The notes under the pieces were generated by a model, which was given only the letters and a program-made list of their open reading frames with translations, made no database searches and was not told where the DNA came from. DNA of 44,131 bases from Clostridia bacterium (GTDB taxonomy: Bacteria; Bacillota; Clostridia; Christensenellales; CAG-1252): the NCBI GenBank assembly GCA_017615495.1, contig JAGAAA010000077.1, forward strand, positions 1 through 44,131, read 5' to 3'. Positions within the stretch are counted from its first letter, which is position 1. Each line of letters opens with the position of its first letter. Shown here piece after piece: positions 26,689 to 35,730 of this stretch. Made by a program: the position numbers and the translations under genes.

Positions 26689-28003
26689 TGCCGTAAATCT
26701 CCTTTTCGCGCGCGATAAAGGTGTTTTTCACCACGGCGCCCCACAGCTGATAGCCGCAAAGGCTCATATGCAAACCGTCCTTTAAGAAGTACGCTTCGGA
26801 ATAGTTGCCGCTTGCCTTTTCCAGCACGCTGCCGGCGTCGATGATGTTTACGTAATCGTTTTCCGCCGCGAACGCTTTCATATTATTATTTGTCGTCGTG
26901 ATCTTGGTCTTATGTTGCGTATAACCGGGAACGTGGTTGATCAAGATGAAGTAGATCGCCGTTTCAGGCAAACGCTCGTGGATATACGTGAACAAGTTTT
27001 GCAGCCCCGTGGTGGTGGCGGCAGCCGACTTGCCGTAGTTGATGATATCGTTGATGCCAAGGTAGAAGACCACGGCGCGCGGATTGTACGGGATGATCAA
27101 GCGCTGCGCCAAGCCGTTGTTCCAATGTTCGGTTGCCGAACCGCCGATACCCACGTTTTTGGTGGTGACGGGCGCCATATCGTAGCCCGATTCGCTCCAA
27201 TTCTCCATAGAGGAAGAACCCGCCAAGATCACCTTGTAAGAGGGGTAATCCGTCGATTCGTAGCGTCTTGCCTTGGTTTCAAAGGTACCTTCGTCAATGC
27301 CGCTGGTGGCGGAACTATCCGTGAAATTATAAGAGGAAGTAACGTTGTTGACGTTGACGGAAACCTCGTTTTGCGACCCGTACGCCGTAAAGGTCACTTT
27401 CACCTGTCCGGCTTGATAAACGGCGGAATCGATGGTGGTAGCGCTCGCGCGGGTGTAATTCAAATATTCCCTGACGTCGGTGGCTTTTGCCGTCAAACGG
27501 TTGATGCCCGCCGTAGTCAGATCCACAGAACCGCCGCTGATGGGTTGATTGCACACCCCCGTCAGCGTAAAGGCGCTGCTTTCATCGATCTTTTCAACAA
27601 AGGACAAGGTGGGCTCGGTGTACTCAAGCGCGGTCTCCGCATCGGCGGAACGATCCCACTTTGCGTAGAGGTTCAAACTTCCCGTCACGGGTTGAGTAAA
27701 ATCGTAAAGCTTGGTGCCTGCCTTATCCTCCGCCCAACCGGCAAAGTCATACCCGACTCTTTTGGGAGCGATCTCCGGCGGGGTCAAGACGTCGCCCGTC
27801 TTAACGGACTCGGAATGATAAACCACGTTTTCGGAAATGACTTCCCTCCCCGAAGAAAGGGTGATGGTCTCCCCCGCAACGTTGGTCAAATATCTGACCG
27901 TCGCGTCGAGCGGCTCGTAACGATACTTGCCGGAACAAGCCGACAACATCGCGCAAGTTGCAACGCACAGTATAAGAATGATCGCTATGGCAATTTTTTT
28001 CAT
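26681..28003 (-). CDS. secreted lipoprotein with a Listeria-Bacteroides (Flg_new-type) repeat and a C-terminal SGNH esterase domain
   Basis: Lipobox MLSAC. GYDFAGWAEDKAGTKLYDFTQPVTGSLNLYAKW matches the Listeria-Bacteroides repeat. SGNH blocks ILAGSSSMENW, GIGGSAT, YLGINDI, LKDGLHMS. Confidence 0.75.
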   Translation of the reverse strand: MKKIAIAIILILCVATCAMLSACSGKYRYEPLDATVRYLTNVAGETITLSSGREVISENVVYHSESVKTGDVLTPPEIAPKRVGYDFAGWAEDKAGTKLYDFTQPVTGSLNLYAKWDRSADAETALEYTEPTLSFVEKIDESSAFTLTGVCNQPISGGSVDLTTAGINRLTAKATDVREYLNYTRASATTIDSAVYQAGQVKVTFTAYGSQNEVSVNVNNVTSSYNFTDSSATSGIDEGTFETKARRYESTDYPSYKVILAGSSSMENWSESGYDMAPVTTKNVGIGGSATEHWNNGLAQRLIIPYNPRAVVFYLGINDIINYGKSAAATTTGLQNLFTYIHERLPETAIYFILINHVPGYTQHKTKITTTNNNMKAFAAENDYVNIIDAGSVLEKASGNYSEAYFLKDGLHMSLCGYQLWGAVVKNTFIAREKEIYGND

Positions 28004-29013
28004 AGTTTTCCCTCTTTATAAACTTGATCGCAAAACTCCTCAAAGGGAGCCGTCGCCACGCAGACGAACTTATCCGCCGCGCCATAGTAAACGTACATTA
28101 CGCCGTCCTTGACCACGATGCCCGTCGGGAAGACGCAACCGTTGTAATAGCCGTCCGTTTCAAACGGGAATTCCGGCTCCATCACGAAGTTTTTGGTACG
28201 CGCGAGGATCTTGGTGGGGTCCTTCTCGTCAAGGATCACCGCACCCACGCGATAAGCGCCGTCCTTTTTGGCTACGCCGTGGTACAACAAAAGCCAGCCG
28301 TACTTGCACTTCACGGGAGGTGTGGAACCGCCGATCTTGGCTTCCTCCCACCATTCCTTGCCCTGCATCAAAAGTTCGGGCTTGCCCCATTCCATGAGGT
28401 CGTCCGAAAAAGCGATCCAAATGGCGGGATTGGCGTTTTTGAAGCCTTCGCCGCACCATTCCATCGGACGGGAAAGACGGACGTACTTGCCGCCCACCTT
28501 TTCGGGGAAGATGTAAACGTCGCGGTCGTCAAGCCTGCTGTCCGTGATGCGTCCGAGTTTTTTCCAACTCTTGAGGTCACGGCTGACCGCAAGGCTGGTA
28601 AAACTATTGTTGTTGATAAGCATCGTTGGGCCTTCCTGCGGCTGAAAACCGAAGTAGCCGCAATCCGCCCTCCAATACTGCCCCGGCGCAAAGGTACGCG
28701 AAGCGTAAGTCAAGTAATAGTAGTCCCCCATCTTCACAAGACGCGGGTCTTCCACGCAACCGCCGTCCGGTCCGTCCAAATCGGGCGAAAGCACGGGCTT
28801 GTCCGAAACGCGCGTAAAGTTGAAGCCGTCTTTGCTGACCGCAAGCCCCAAGTAAATATGGTGCGTCTTGTCGTTGCCCGCCGCGCGGTAAAGCATCTTA
28901 AATTCCTTATCCGCCTCGTCGTATACGACTGCGGGGTTCAAAACGCAAAGGCCCTCCCAGGAATCACCTTTTGCGGTCAAGATAGGGTTTTTATCGTATT
29001 TGTTCAGTTTCAT
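28000..29013 (-). CDS. GH130-family beta-mannoside phosphorylase/hydrolase (copy A)
   Basis: End-to-end resemblance to GH130/DUF377 proteins such as Thermotoga TM1225: NPILT...VLNPAVVY...LYRAAG, VEDPRLV, IWIAFSDDLMEW, GWLLLYHGV...YRVGAVILDEKDP, YVYYGAADKFVCVA. Confidence 0.85.
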   Translation of the reverse strand: MKLNKYDKNPILTAKGDSWEGLCVLNPAVVYDEADKEFKMLYRAAGNDKTHHIYLGLAVSKDGFNFTRVSDKPVLSPDLDGPDGGCVEDPRLVKMGDYYYLTYASRTFAPGQYWRADCGYFGFQPQEGPTMLINNNSFTSLAVSRDLKSWKKLGRITDSRLDDRDVYIFPEKVGGKYVRLSRPMEWCGEGFKNANPAIWIAFSDDLMEWGKPELLMQGKEWWEEAKIGGSTPPVKCKYGWLLLYHGVAKKDGAYRVGAVILDEKDPTKILARTKNFVMEPEFPFETDGYYNGCVFPTGIVVKDGVMYVYYGAADKFVCVATAPFEEFCDQVYKEGKL

Positions 29014-29027
29014 AGTTCTGCCTGCCT

Positions 29028-31661
29028 TTATACGTACGCCGTCACCGTGTTCGTGCTGGTCGTGATCGTGTTATCGAAGTAAATTTCATCCAGGTAAAGG
29101 GTCCCGGCATAATAGTCGCTTGCAGCATAGTTTTTGATGTACAAAGCGATCTGCGTGATCTCACCCACCGAGGACGCGGAAATACCTTCCGAAGTGCCGT
29201 TGTACTTAAACTCGGAGAAGCCGATGGAGTAATAGTTCCAACCGGAAGTGGCAACGTCGATCCTCTTCTTATACGCCTTGTTGTTGACGTACACGATGAC
29301 TTCTACATAAGTATCAGCACGACCGTCGCCCTTCAAAAGCAAGGTCAAGCCCTTTGCCGTAACGCCGCTGTCAACAACCATGTAAGCGCAATACGGCGCG
29401 ACCATCCTCGTCTTGTACGCAAGTTGCAGCGACCTGCCCTCGCCGGACGCCGTTTGCTCGGTGTTGATGGTAGCCGCGGTGTTGGACGCGACCTCACTTT
29501 GAGATAAGCCCGTATCTTCCTTCTTGCTCCATACCACGTCTGCGTTGTCCGTATCAAAATCACTGATCATCGCTTTGGTGTTGTCCTGCGCCATCTTGAT
29601 CTTACCGGAAAGCTCCGTCTTGGCAACTTCGGTAGCGTTGGAGAAGCGGATCTTATCCACGCTGACAAAGCTGCCCGAAGCATATTCCGGTCTGGTGAAG
29701 GAGTACTTGAAGGCAAGCGCAATGCCCGTGATGTTCTCACAGGTGATGTGCTGCGAGCCAAAGGAATCCGCCGTGATGTTGAACTCGGAAATGGGGATCA
29801 CATAATTGATCCATTCCTTATCGATGTTTTTGAGTTCGTAACTGTAAAGCTCGTTGGGACCGCCGATCAGATAAACCGTCATCGTCGCCTTAAAGGAGCC
29901 GTTGGAAACGTCTCTGGCGTAGAATTCAATGGCGCTGTATCCTTCCACGGAATCAAAGTGCGTTACATAAGCCGCGTCGGAAAGGTCGGTCTTGTAGTAG
30001 AACCTTGCGGCGTGGTTGTCTCTGCCCAAAGCGGATTCGCTGTAAAGCGAGATTTGCTCGTCCTTGTTTGCCGTTGTGGGCTCCCACTTATAATAAACGT
30101 CCACGACGCTTTCGTAATTTTCAAACTCATCGATCATGCCGTCGGCGCTGACCGTGCTCTTGTAAAGGTCTTCCACCTTGTCGGAAAGCAACACGATATC
30201 AAAGTTGCTGATCGTGATTTCACCGTTGCTGTAACGGTTGTTCAAACCAAACTGGAATTGCTTGATGTAATAGAATTGCCTAATGCCGTCGCCTTTGAAT
30301 TCCGAGAGCAGGAACGCCGAGAACGGAACGAGGAGGTTGCCGTCCGCGGGGATATCCTTGGCAAGGATCTTAAAGGTCCAAACGTCGTTGTCCTCTTCCA
30401 CAATGCGTAGGAGGAAATTGAAGCTCTTATCGGTCATTGCGGTATGATCCGCGTTGAAGAATCCCACGTTGAAAGAGAAGGCGTCACTGGAAGCAAGGAT
30501 CTTGTTGACGTACATCTTAACGAAGCCGTAGCCCTTTTGGTTGTCCGGAACGCCCGTCCTGGTGGTAAAGGCGTAGGTAAAGCTATCGCCCTCGTCGCCA
30601 ACTGTCCTTTCAAAGTTAAAATACGCGCTGTCATTAGTGTAGGTATAGCCTTCGCGATCAAAATCAAGGCTGTCGATGACCATATCTTGATAGTTTTCGT
30701 ACTTGATCGCCTTCAGGTTGCCAAAATACGCCACGCCGTCGCCGTCCACGCGCTCGAAAACGATCTCCATACTCTTTAAGTAATGGTAATCGAATTGCTC
30801 GTTCACCACCGGCGTACCTTTGGTACGAAGGGTAAAATCGCTGATGCGCATGATGATGGTTTGCTTGGCGTTGACCGCAAGCTTGATGGGGGCGTACCAA
30901 TATTCGTTGTCTTCATCGATCAAACGGAAGTACGCCGTTGCGTCATTGCCCGAATAATAGAAGTTGAAGTAGAAGGCGTCAGGGCCGTAGAATTCCGCTT
31001 CCAAACTGCGGGTGACGACCACCCAGCCGTTGGACTCCACGTACTCTGGCCCACGCTGCGTATCCTCACTATCGAAGGAAATGCGCAAAGAGTCCTTTTT
31101 GGCTGCCATATCCTCAGCGTTGCCCTTCTCTCCGAAGAAGCTGTTGTGATCCAAAGATACGGTCGCCTTGGAACCTACTTCGTGCACCTTCCATTCATCG
31201 GCATAGCCGATGGAAACGGGGATCTCGTCGTACAACGTTGCCTGATAGAAGAAGGTCAAGGCATCGCCGGAAATCAATTCGGAATGATCCTCGTTTTTGG
31301 CGGTAACGCGCCAGAAATAGTGCTTGTCCTTTTTAAAATCGGCTTGGAGGTTAAACGTCGTGGTCGTGATGCCCGATTTTACGATGTAGTAATCGTCCGC
31401 GATGTCAAACTCATCGTTAGATGCGATCTCAAGCGTATAGGTATCCGCGTTTTCCGCTTCCGTCCAAGTAAATGCCGGAATGGAAGTCAACGTGGCGTTG
31501 TTTGCCGGCGTGACTGCGGAAAAAGCGCCGATCTCACCCGTTTTGGGCGCCGTTTCGATTGCAACTTCGGAGATGGAAGCATCCGTGATACCGCCGTAGA
31601 TAACAAGCCCGCAGCCGAACGTAAGTAATACGATCAAACAAATAACAATTGCTGTTTTCAT
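29028..31661 (-). CDS. large surface lipoprotein made of an Fn3-like module and several CBM-like beta-sandwich modules
   Basis: Signal peptide with a Cys (LLTFGC). FTWTEAENADTYTLEI is an Fn3-like signature. At least four segments end in jelly-roll-like terminal strands (VAYFGNLKAI, ITISNFDIVL, VSVDKIRFSN, LYLDEIYFDN). No catalytic motif recognised. Confidence 0.55.
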   Translation of the reverse strand: MKTAIVICLIVLLTFGCGLVIYGGITDASISEVAIETAPKTGEIGAFSAVTPANNATLTSIPAFTWTEAENADTYTLEIASNDEFDIADDYYIVKSGITTTTFNLQADFKKDKHYFWRVTAKNEDHSELISGDALTFFYQATLYDEIPVSIGYADEWKVHEVGSKATVSLDHNSFFGEKGNAEDMAAKKDSLRISFDSEDTQRGPEYVESNGWVVVTRSLEAEFYGPDAFYFNFYYSGNDATAYFRLIDEDNEYWYAPIKLAVNAKQTIIMRISDFTLRTKGTPVVNEQFDYHYLKSMEIVFERVDGDGVAYFGNLKAIKYENYQDMVIDSLDFDREGYTYTNDSAYFNFERTVGDEGDSFTYAFTTRTGVPDNQKGYGFVKMYVNKILASSDAFSFNVGFFNADHTAMTDKSFNFLLRIVEEDNDVWTFKILAKDIPADGNLLVPFSAFLLSEFKGDGIRQFYYIKQFQFGLNNRYSNGEITISNFDIVLLSDKVEDLYKSTVSADGMIDEFENYESVVDVYYKWEPTTANKDEQISLYSESALGRDNHAARFYYKTDLSDAAYVTHFDSVEGYSAIEFYARDVSNGSFKATMTVYLIGGPNELYSYELKNIDKEWINYVIPISEFNITADSFGSQHITCENITGIALAFKYSFTRPEYASGSFVSVDKIRFSNATEVAKTELSGKIKMAQDNTKAMISDFDTDNADVVWSKKEDTGLSQSEVASNTAATINTEQTASGEGRSLQLAYKTRMVAPYCAYMVVDSGVTAKGLTLLLKGDGRADTYVEVIVYVNNKAYKKRIDVATSGWNYYSIGFSEFKYNGTSEGISASSVGEITQIALYIKNYAASDYYAGTLYLDEIYFDNTITTSTNTVTAYV

Positions 31662-31664
31662 AGG

Positions 31665-33179
31665 CTAAATCCTCTCCGTCGAAACGACCAAAACGGTGTT
31701 TTTGGGTATCGTCAACTTGATCCTGTCGTTCAAGTTGCCGTCGATCACGTAATTTGGCGCGACGAAACCGTTTTCATCGAGTTTGAGCGTCTTTTCATTG
31801 TACAGATAGACGTAAAGCTTGCCTTCCGTCTTAAGTTCCTCATCCAGCATCATTTCTTGCGTGATGACCTTTGCGGAGTTGTTGACCACCACCACGCCGC
31901 CCTTGGTCCTATCGGCGCTTACGGTGGCGAGGGAACGCACCCCCTTGGGCAGGTTCCTGCATCCGTAAACGGTGTTGCCCGGGCGCAAAAGATTGGTAAG
32001 AAGGACGGAGGAATAGTACCACGGACGGTATTCCTGCTTGCCTATCTCAGCCGTTGCGAGGGTGGAGAACATGCCCCACTCTTTTGCGTTGGTGCTGTTT
32101 TCGTTGTACATAAAGTGCATTGCGTCATCCAGATCCCAATAGACGATGCCGTTGATGCCCGCGTTGATGCTTTGCACGGTATAATCCGCCATACGCAAAC
32201 CGTAACCGTAAGTCATGATCAACTCGTTGCAGTCGGTGGTGGAATTCTTACCGGTAAGAAGACCGGCTTCCCAAATGTGCATTTGCTTGGTCTTGCCGAG
32301 GTCGCCGTCGTGCTTTTTGACGTCAGCGTACAGCTTACGAACGGATTTTTCATACGAGCCGTCCTCGATCTGGTTGTTGTTGACGTAAAGGTGCACGCCG
32401 TAGTTGTCCAAGATGTCCGAAAGTTCGTCCGCGGCTTGAGGCAAATAGATCTGCGAAGCAAGGATGGTGGTCGTATCGCCACCGATGATGGAAACGTCCT
32501 TCAAGCCCACCGCATCAAGGGCGCTTCTGACGTTTTTGACGCCTTGCATCCACTTTTCCGCCGTATTATAGGCGTTTTTGGAAGTGCCCACCTTGCCGAT
32601 CACGTTAGGCTCGTTGGTGTTGACAAACCATTGAATGCAGGTATATCCCTTGACTTTTACCAAATATTCCATCAAATCGGCGCACATCTTTGCCCAGCGA
32701 GGGTCGGCGGATGCGTTGGGGATCATGCCGTAGATGTCAAGGTCGGGGTCCGCGTTGCCGATGACGTTCCAAACGCCGAAGGCAACTTTGATGCCGTGCG
32801 CTTGGCAGTAGTCAAGGATGTCCGACGCGTTGGTCATCTGCTTGTTGTTGAAGTTGTAGTTCCAAGTGTCGTCGGAATAGTCGTCCTCGGAATCGTTGGT
32901 GGAAAAATCCGTCACAAACCAATCGAGGTTTGTCATACAACGCACCAAGGAGGGGTTCAAGTGGTCCACGGCGGAAAGCACGCGGGACCAAGAACCTTTT
33001 ACCATTTTGTTCGTATCCTCGTAAGTACCCCACTCCACGCCGAGTCCGTCAAAGGATTCCGACAGGACGTACGTCGAGCCGAACCGGACGGACACGTGCT
33101 CGTCGTCGGTTTTGCAGGCGAAAGCAAAACTGCAGACGAGGAGGAGCAATAGGATAATAGCAATTATCTTTTTCATCAT
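31665..33179 (-). CDS. lipoprotein, clan GH-A-like (beta/alpha)8 glycoside hydrolase with a C-terminal beta-sandwich
   Basis: Lipobox FAFAC. Candidate acid/base motif FVNTNEPN, H-x-Y (GVHLYV), and candidate nucleophile HIWEAG about 115 aa later, as in GH5/GH30/GH39-type enzymes. The family is not assignable by eye. Confidence 0.5.
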   Translation of the reverse strand: MMKKIIAIILLLLLVCSFAFACKTDDEHVSVRFGSTYVLSESFDGLGVEWGTYEDTNKMVKGSWSRVLSAVDHLNPSLVRCMTNLDWFVTDFSTNDSEDDYSDDTWNYNFNNKQMTNASDILDYCQAHGIKVAFGVWNVIGNADPDLDIYGMIPNASADPRWAKMCADLMEYLVKVKGYTCIQWFVNTNEPNVIGKVGTSKNAYNTAEKWMQGVKNVRSALDAVGLKDVSIIGGDTTTILASQIYLPQAADELSDILDNYGVHLYVNNNQIEDGSYEKSVRKLYADVKKHDGDLGKTKQMHIWEAGLLTGKNSTTDCNELIMTYGYGLRMADYTVQSINAGINGIVYWDLDDAMHFMYNENSTNAKEWGMFSTLATAEIGKQEYRPWYYSSVLLTNLLRPGNTVYGCRNLPKGVRSLATVSADRTKGGVVVVNNSAKVITQEMMLDEELKTEGKLYVYLYNEKTLKLDENGFVAPNYVIDGNLNDRIKLTIPKNTVLVVSTERI

Positions 33180-33183
33180 AAGC

Positions 33184-34806
33184 TTAATTCAAATTCGCAT
33201 TGATCTCGGCGAGGACTTCTCTCCACCTGCTGTCCGTCATAGAGCTTTGATAGGCGGAGTAGGAAATGCTGCCAAACGCATATTTAACAGTCTTCGTATT
33301 CGCATCGTCCAAGATCTTGCCCTGATACTCAAGCTTCTTGGAGGTGGTCATCCATTTGATGCGCGGGTCTTCCTTCAAGATGGTCAGCTTACCCGCCGCA
33401 TTTGCTTCCTTCATAAAGCTATCCCAATTCTTCAAGATGGTGTAAGCCTTCTTTTGCGTCTTGGAGGCGTTGAGAACGGGGTCTTTGCCCATGATGTCGT
33501 GCCCGAGCGTCACCATGTAACGGAGGTATTTGGCGCCGTTGGGGGAATCGATGTACTCGCCCTTGTTGTTCTTTGCCCACAAGTTGCTTTCGATCAAGGT
33601 GACTTCGTCACCGTTCTTTTCGTAGTCGACGCCTTCGATGCCGTAAAGAGCCATTTCGGTACCTTCGGGCGAGATCAACCAGTTCATGATGTCAAGGATC
33701 TTTTCCATCTTGGAAGTGGAGATATCCGCGTTAAGGAAGGTCATAGAGAACCAATCTTCCTGCTCTTCCAAAGCGTACTTACCCTCCGAGTTGGAACCGG
33801 TGGGGCCCATGACCTTCATCAAAGCGGTAGCATCGTCGATGTTCTCTTCGGTAATGCCGTTGGTCTTAAGCATTTGCTTGCGGATCTTCAAATAGTTGGC
33901 AAGCGAGAAGTTGTCGTAGAAAACGCCGAGGGTGCCGTCGTAGTACTTCTTTTCCACAGGCTCGGCGTCGGACTTGCCGGCGGATTGTTGTTGCCCTTGA
34001 TAATACAACTTGCCGTCTACGTAGCTCTTAGCCTTGTTCAAGCCTGCCATATAGTCCTCGGTGAAGTAGTTGTTTACCACAGCGCCGTTTGCGTCAAAGG
34101 TGAAGCAGTGCGTCGCAGTCTTATAATAGTTTGCAACGGAGGGGAAGGCGCCCGGCCATTCCGCATCGCCCAAAGACATATTGATCGCCTTAAAGGACCT
34201 GAGAAGGGTTTCAAACTGTTCCCAAGTATAAACGTCGTTTTCTTGGAAGCCAGCCAGATTTCTGTCCCTGGCGATATCACGGCGATAGATGTAAGTAAAG
34301 GGAGCGAACTCCGCTTCTTCCGCCCTGTTGATGTTCCTGGAAACGGGGATGCCGTAAAGCTTGCCCTTGTAAAGCATGGAGCTGACGTCCTTCGTGCTCT
34401 TGATCATGCTTTGAAGATACGGCCAACGGGAACTCGTTTCATCGGCGAGGAGCTCATCCGGCAACGCCTTGACGACGCCGCCTTCCGCCCAATAAATATA
34501 GGTGTTGTTGAGGTTTTCCGGCTTAACGTCCGCTTGGAAGACGTCGGGCACCTGATTGCCGTTTACGTCACCGGTGACCTGCGTAGTCCAGTTGTTGAAG
34601 CTGTAAGAGGAAGTTTCGAAGGTGACGCCGAACTTATCTTCGATAAACTTGGTGACCGAATCCCCTTGGTCTGCGCTCCAGTTTTCAAAGTAAAGGTTTC
34701 TGATCGAGATGACGCCTTCCTTCTGCTTGTTTTTGCATCCGGCAAAGCCTGCGATACATCCGCAAAGGAGCGAGATCACGACGATGATGACAATAACTCT
34801 TTTCAT
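33184..34806 (-). CDS. extracellular solute-binding lipoprotein, large LplA-like family-1 SBP
   Basis: Signal peptide with lipobox (IAGFAGC), 540 aa, adjacent to LplB/LplC-type permeases. Confidence 0.7.
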   Translation of the reverse strand: MKRVIVIIVVISLLCGCIAGFAGCKNKQKEGVISIRNLYFENWSADQGDSVTKFIEDKFGVTFETSSYSFNNWTTQVTGDVNGNQVPDVFQADVKPENLNNTYIYWAEGGVVKALPDELLADETSSRWPYLQSMIKSTKDVSSMLYKGKLYGIPVSRNINRAEEAEFAPFTYIYRRDIARDRNLAGFQENDVYTWEQFETLLRSFKAINMSLGDAEWPGAFPSVANYYKTATHCFTFDANGAVVNNYFTEDYMAGLNKAKSYVDGKLYYQGQQQSAGKSDAEPVEKKYYDGTLGVFYDNFSLANYLKIRKQMLKTNGITEENIDDATALMKVMGPTGSNSEGKYALEEQEDWFSMTFLNADISTSKMEKILDIMNWLISPEGTEMALYGIEGVDYEKNGDEVTLIESNLWAKNNKGEYIDSPNGAKYLRYMVTLGHDIMGKDPVLNASKTQKKAYTILKNWDSFMKEANAAGKLTILKEDPRIKWMTTSKKLEYQGKILDDANTKTVKYAFGSISYSAYQSSMTDSRWREVLAEINANLN

Positions 34807-34818
34807 AAAAACCTCCGT

Positions 34819-35730
34819 TTAACCTTTTATTGCACCCACTACTAAGCCCTTGACAAAGAACTTTTGTAAGAAGGGATAAAAACACATCATGGGAACGATG
34901 GTGAAGAACACGCTCGCCATCTTAAAGCCTTCGGTGATGGTTGCCGCTTCGGTAACTCTTTCCATATTGGACGAACCCGAAACGATAAGCTCACGCAAAA
35001 CGTACTGGAGCGGCAAATAATCCGGATTTTTGATGAAGAGCATCGCGTTGTACCAACTGTTCCAGTTACCGACCGCGAAGAACAAGCCGATGGTAGCCAG
35101 CATGGGCAAGGACATCGGCAAATAGATCTTGACGAATATCTGTATGTCGTTTGCGCCGTCTATCTTTGCCGATTCCTCAAGTTCGTGCGGCAAAGAGGCA
35201 AAATAGTTGCGCATCAATAGCATGTTGTAGGTATCGATGGCGCCCGGGATGATCATGACGAGGAAGTTGTCGTACAAACCGAGCTTGCTGATGAGGTTCA
35301 TATACGGGATCAAGCCGCCGCCGAAGAACATCGTGACGAGGATCATGTTCATTACGAAGCTTTTGCCCACCCACTTGTTTCTGGAAAGAGCGTAACCGGT
35401 AATGACCGTAAAGAACAGCTGATATGCCGTACCCACAAAAAGCAAGACCAACGTGACCTTCAAGCCGCCCCAAAGGGTGCTTTCGGGGTCGAAGACCTGC
35501 TTGTAGTTGCTCCAATCAAACTGCTTGGGGAAAAGCAGGAAAGGAGTTTTCATATACACTTCGTTAGGTGATATCGAGATCAAAAGCGCATTGTAGAAAG
35601 GGTATATAATAATTATTCCGTAAATAAATAGGAACGCGAAGATGACCCAGTCCATCGTGGTGATGCGCTTGTCAAAGGTGCTGCCCTTGGGGCGAAGAGG
35701 TAAATACTTGATATCCGCAAACTTTCTCAT
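34819..35730 (-). CDS. carbohydrate ABC transporter permease (LplC-like)
   Basis: Six-TM MalG-like protein with EAA loop ESAKIDGANDIQIFVKIYLPMSLP. Confidence 0.85.
   Translation of the reverse strand: MRKFADIKYLPLRPKGSTFDKRITTMDWVIFAFLFIYGIIIIYPFYNALLISISPNEVYMKTPFLLFPKQFDWSNYKQVFDPESTLWGGLKVTLVLLFVGTAYQLFFTVITGYALSRNKWVGKSFVMNMILVTMFFGGGLIPYMNLISKLGLYDNFLVMIIPGAIDTYNMLLMRNYFASLPHELEESAKIDGANDIQIFVKIYLPMSLPMLATIGLFFAVGNWNSWYNAMLFIKNPDYLPLQYVLRELIVSGSSNMERVTEAATITEGFKMASVFFTIVPMMCFYPFLQKFFVKGLVVGAIKG

Noticed and set aside
26912-29082. Plus-strand ORFs of 369 and 352 aa (26912-28021, 28024-29082)
   Set aside because: They are antisense shadows of the SGNH lipoprotein and GH130 copy A, and have no motifs of their own.
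29748-33152. Plus-strand ORFs 29748-30410, 30783-31628 and 31857-33152
   Set aside because: They are antisense shadows of the 877-aa lipoprotein and the GH-A-like gene.
33112-34845. 577-aa plus-strand ORF
   Set aside because: - It is a codon-aligned antisense shadow of the SBP gene.
- The SBP gene has a lipoprotein signal and fits the operon context.
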